NCBI RefSeq assembly: GCF_024521635.1 | Contig: NW_026250408.1 | Location: 992,001-1,056,000 of the forward strand | DNA length: 64,000 bases | Direction of reading: 5' to 3' | DNA from: Tricharina praecox | Taxonomy: Eukaryota | Part shown: positions 62,254 to 64,000 of the stretch, piece by piece | Layout: the number at the start of each line of letters is the position of its first letter | Numbering within the stretch: the stretch's first letter is position 1 | The notes under the pieces: generated by a model | What the model saw: the letters and a program-made list of their open reading frames with translations, nothing else | Databases searched by the model: none | Told to the model about the DNA's origin: nothing | Made by a program: the position numbers and the translations under genes

Positions 62254-64000
62254 TTAAGCGCTTCCTTGTATATAAGGCTTGTTCTCGATGGTAACGCTCT
62301 TGGTCTACGGATTTTATCAGCGACTGTATAGCGAGAAGAGGGGTGAGAGAGAAACTTACCATGTGATTGACCTTGTAGACACCCACTAAACGAGCCGCCA
62401 GCTCGAACATGTTATTCCTGAGCGAGATGACGATGAACTGCGCGTTCTTCGTCCTCTCCTTGATGTAGCTAGCGACGATACTGACGTTCCTGAAGTCGAG
62501 GGCCGCATCGATCTCGTCCATGACGTACAGTGGCGTGGGCTTGTAGTGGTGCAGGGCAAAGACGAGCGCGAGCGAAGAAAGCGTCTTCTCACCACCCGAG
62601 AGATTCGAGATGTTCTTCCAGCTCTTCTTGGGCGGCATGACGGAAAAGAGGATGCCCTCCGAGAACGGGTCCAGCGAGTCGACGAGCTCGAGCTCGGCGT
62701 TGCCTCCCATCGTAATCATCTTGTACATCTCTTTGAGTCGGATGGAGATCATATTAAATCCCTCCATGAACTCTTCGAGCCGTCGCTTGCGCAAGTCGTC
62801 GAGGCGACGCTTGACGCCATCGCGGTTGTTGATCGCCGCCTGGAGATCGACGTTGCGAACTGTGTATTCTTCCACGCGACGGCGGTATTCGCTAAGCACC
62901 GCAAGATCAATGTTGACGTCTTTGAGCTTCTCCTCGAGCACAGCGATCTTGATTTTCATCTTGTCCTTATCCAGGTCTTCCAACTCGTCCTCGGTGAGGA
63001 CTGGGAGTGTTTCCGGTTCGTCGTCGCCTGTCCCATCACTTCCACCGGTCAAGTCCCTTGTCTGATGAAGCCTAAGCTTGCTGAGCTTTTCCTGCCAGTG
63101 GGAAGATCGCCTCTGGTGGTCACTCAGCACTTTCTGGTGCTCTTCGAGTTTGTTCTTCATTTCGATTTCGGCAGCCCTGGTCTTGTTGAGACCCGCCATT
63201 TTCTCATCGTAGACCTCCTTCATCGCGGCGAGCTCATCCTTCTTGTTTTCGAGGAACTAACGAGTAAAGTTAGCCGCAATTGGGCAAGATGCTTGGGTTT
63301 GAGACTTACACCCTGCGCCTCAGTAGCCTTCTCGTTAGACTCTCGCGCTGACTTCTCAAGCTCCTTCATATCCTCCTTCAACTCCTCAAGCTCCAAGACG
63401 ATAGCTTCCAGTTCCTCATCACCCTTAGTAACAATCTTCTCGGCCTTCTTCTTGGTCTTCTCCGACTTGCTTTTCGCCAGTTCCGCTTGTGAGATCTGCT
63501 CGTTGAGGGTTTCGAGCTGTTCCCGGAGGCCATCGACCTTGGCCTTCTGGCTCCGCAACTGGATACCACCGACCTCCATAATCTTGTGTTGGAGGACCTG
63601 GATCTCGCCCTCGACCTCAGCGGTTTCCTCCTGGAGCTGTTCGATTTCACTTTCAAAGCCCTTGATCTTCTTCTCCAACCCGGCGATAAGACTCTTGTCG
63701 GTCGACGACGTGCTTTTCTGCTGGGTTATATTTTTAATCCTCTGTTCGGCATCGGCCATATGTTTCGCCGAAGACGAGATCTCAAGTTGTATTTTGGACA
63801 TGGTGACATCCAGTTCCGGGACCCGCTCCGTGATTTCGCGCAGCTTCGATTGGAGAGCTCTCAGCTCCTCCTGGAACAACGCGTATTCGTTTTCTTGGAC
63901 ATCGCGATCCTGCTCCAGCTTCTGCATCGCCTCCTTCGACATGTGCGACGAGAGTTTGTTCGACATGCGTCCCTTCGAAACGGTTTTACCACCTCCGCTC
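62254..64000 (-). CDS. SMC4: Condensin ATPase subunit Smc4, 3' part (5' end outside the window)
   Basis: Coiled coil, then GGNAELELVDSLDPFSEGILFSVMPPKKSWKNISNLSGGEKTLSSLAL, PTPLYVMDEIDAALDFRNVSI and QFIVISLRNNMFELA. The last exon is TKSVTIEN..*. Confidence 0.96.

Overview
A gene-dense, intron-rich region from a filamentous ascomycete, possibly Pezizomycetes (inferred from gene style only). Short GT-AG introns with CTRAC branch sites are typical. From 0.8 to 32 kb it is a compact housekeeping block: SLD2, PRI1, TRM10, HOP2, CHL1, a secreted repeat-rich protein, a BLOC-1 subunit 4-like gene, RSA3, SKI3, SSS1, a GH5 EGH1-like gene, GRIM-19, RPN9, AIM24 and ATM1. From 32 to 41 kb it is accessory. 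This part holds an NLR-like NACHT-ankyrin gene with one in-frame TGA, and upstream of it a PIF/Harbinger MITE (26-bp perfect TIRs, TAA TSD) nested in an older TIR element. Next come a 69-aa three-exon gene missed by the ORF track, a G-rich tract, VAC14, INP1, an orphan gene flanked by tandem repeats, an MFS monocarboxylate transporter, a relic inverted-repeat element and the 3' part of SMC4. Other notable items: a 5-nt microexon in the CHL1 Walker A motif, a presequence-like upstream extension of TRM10, MCB boxes in two bidirectional promoters, and two GC-AG introns. No tRNA, rRNA or CRISPR array was seen. Gene names come from recalled motifs, not database searches.
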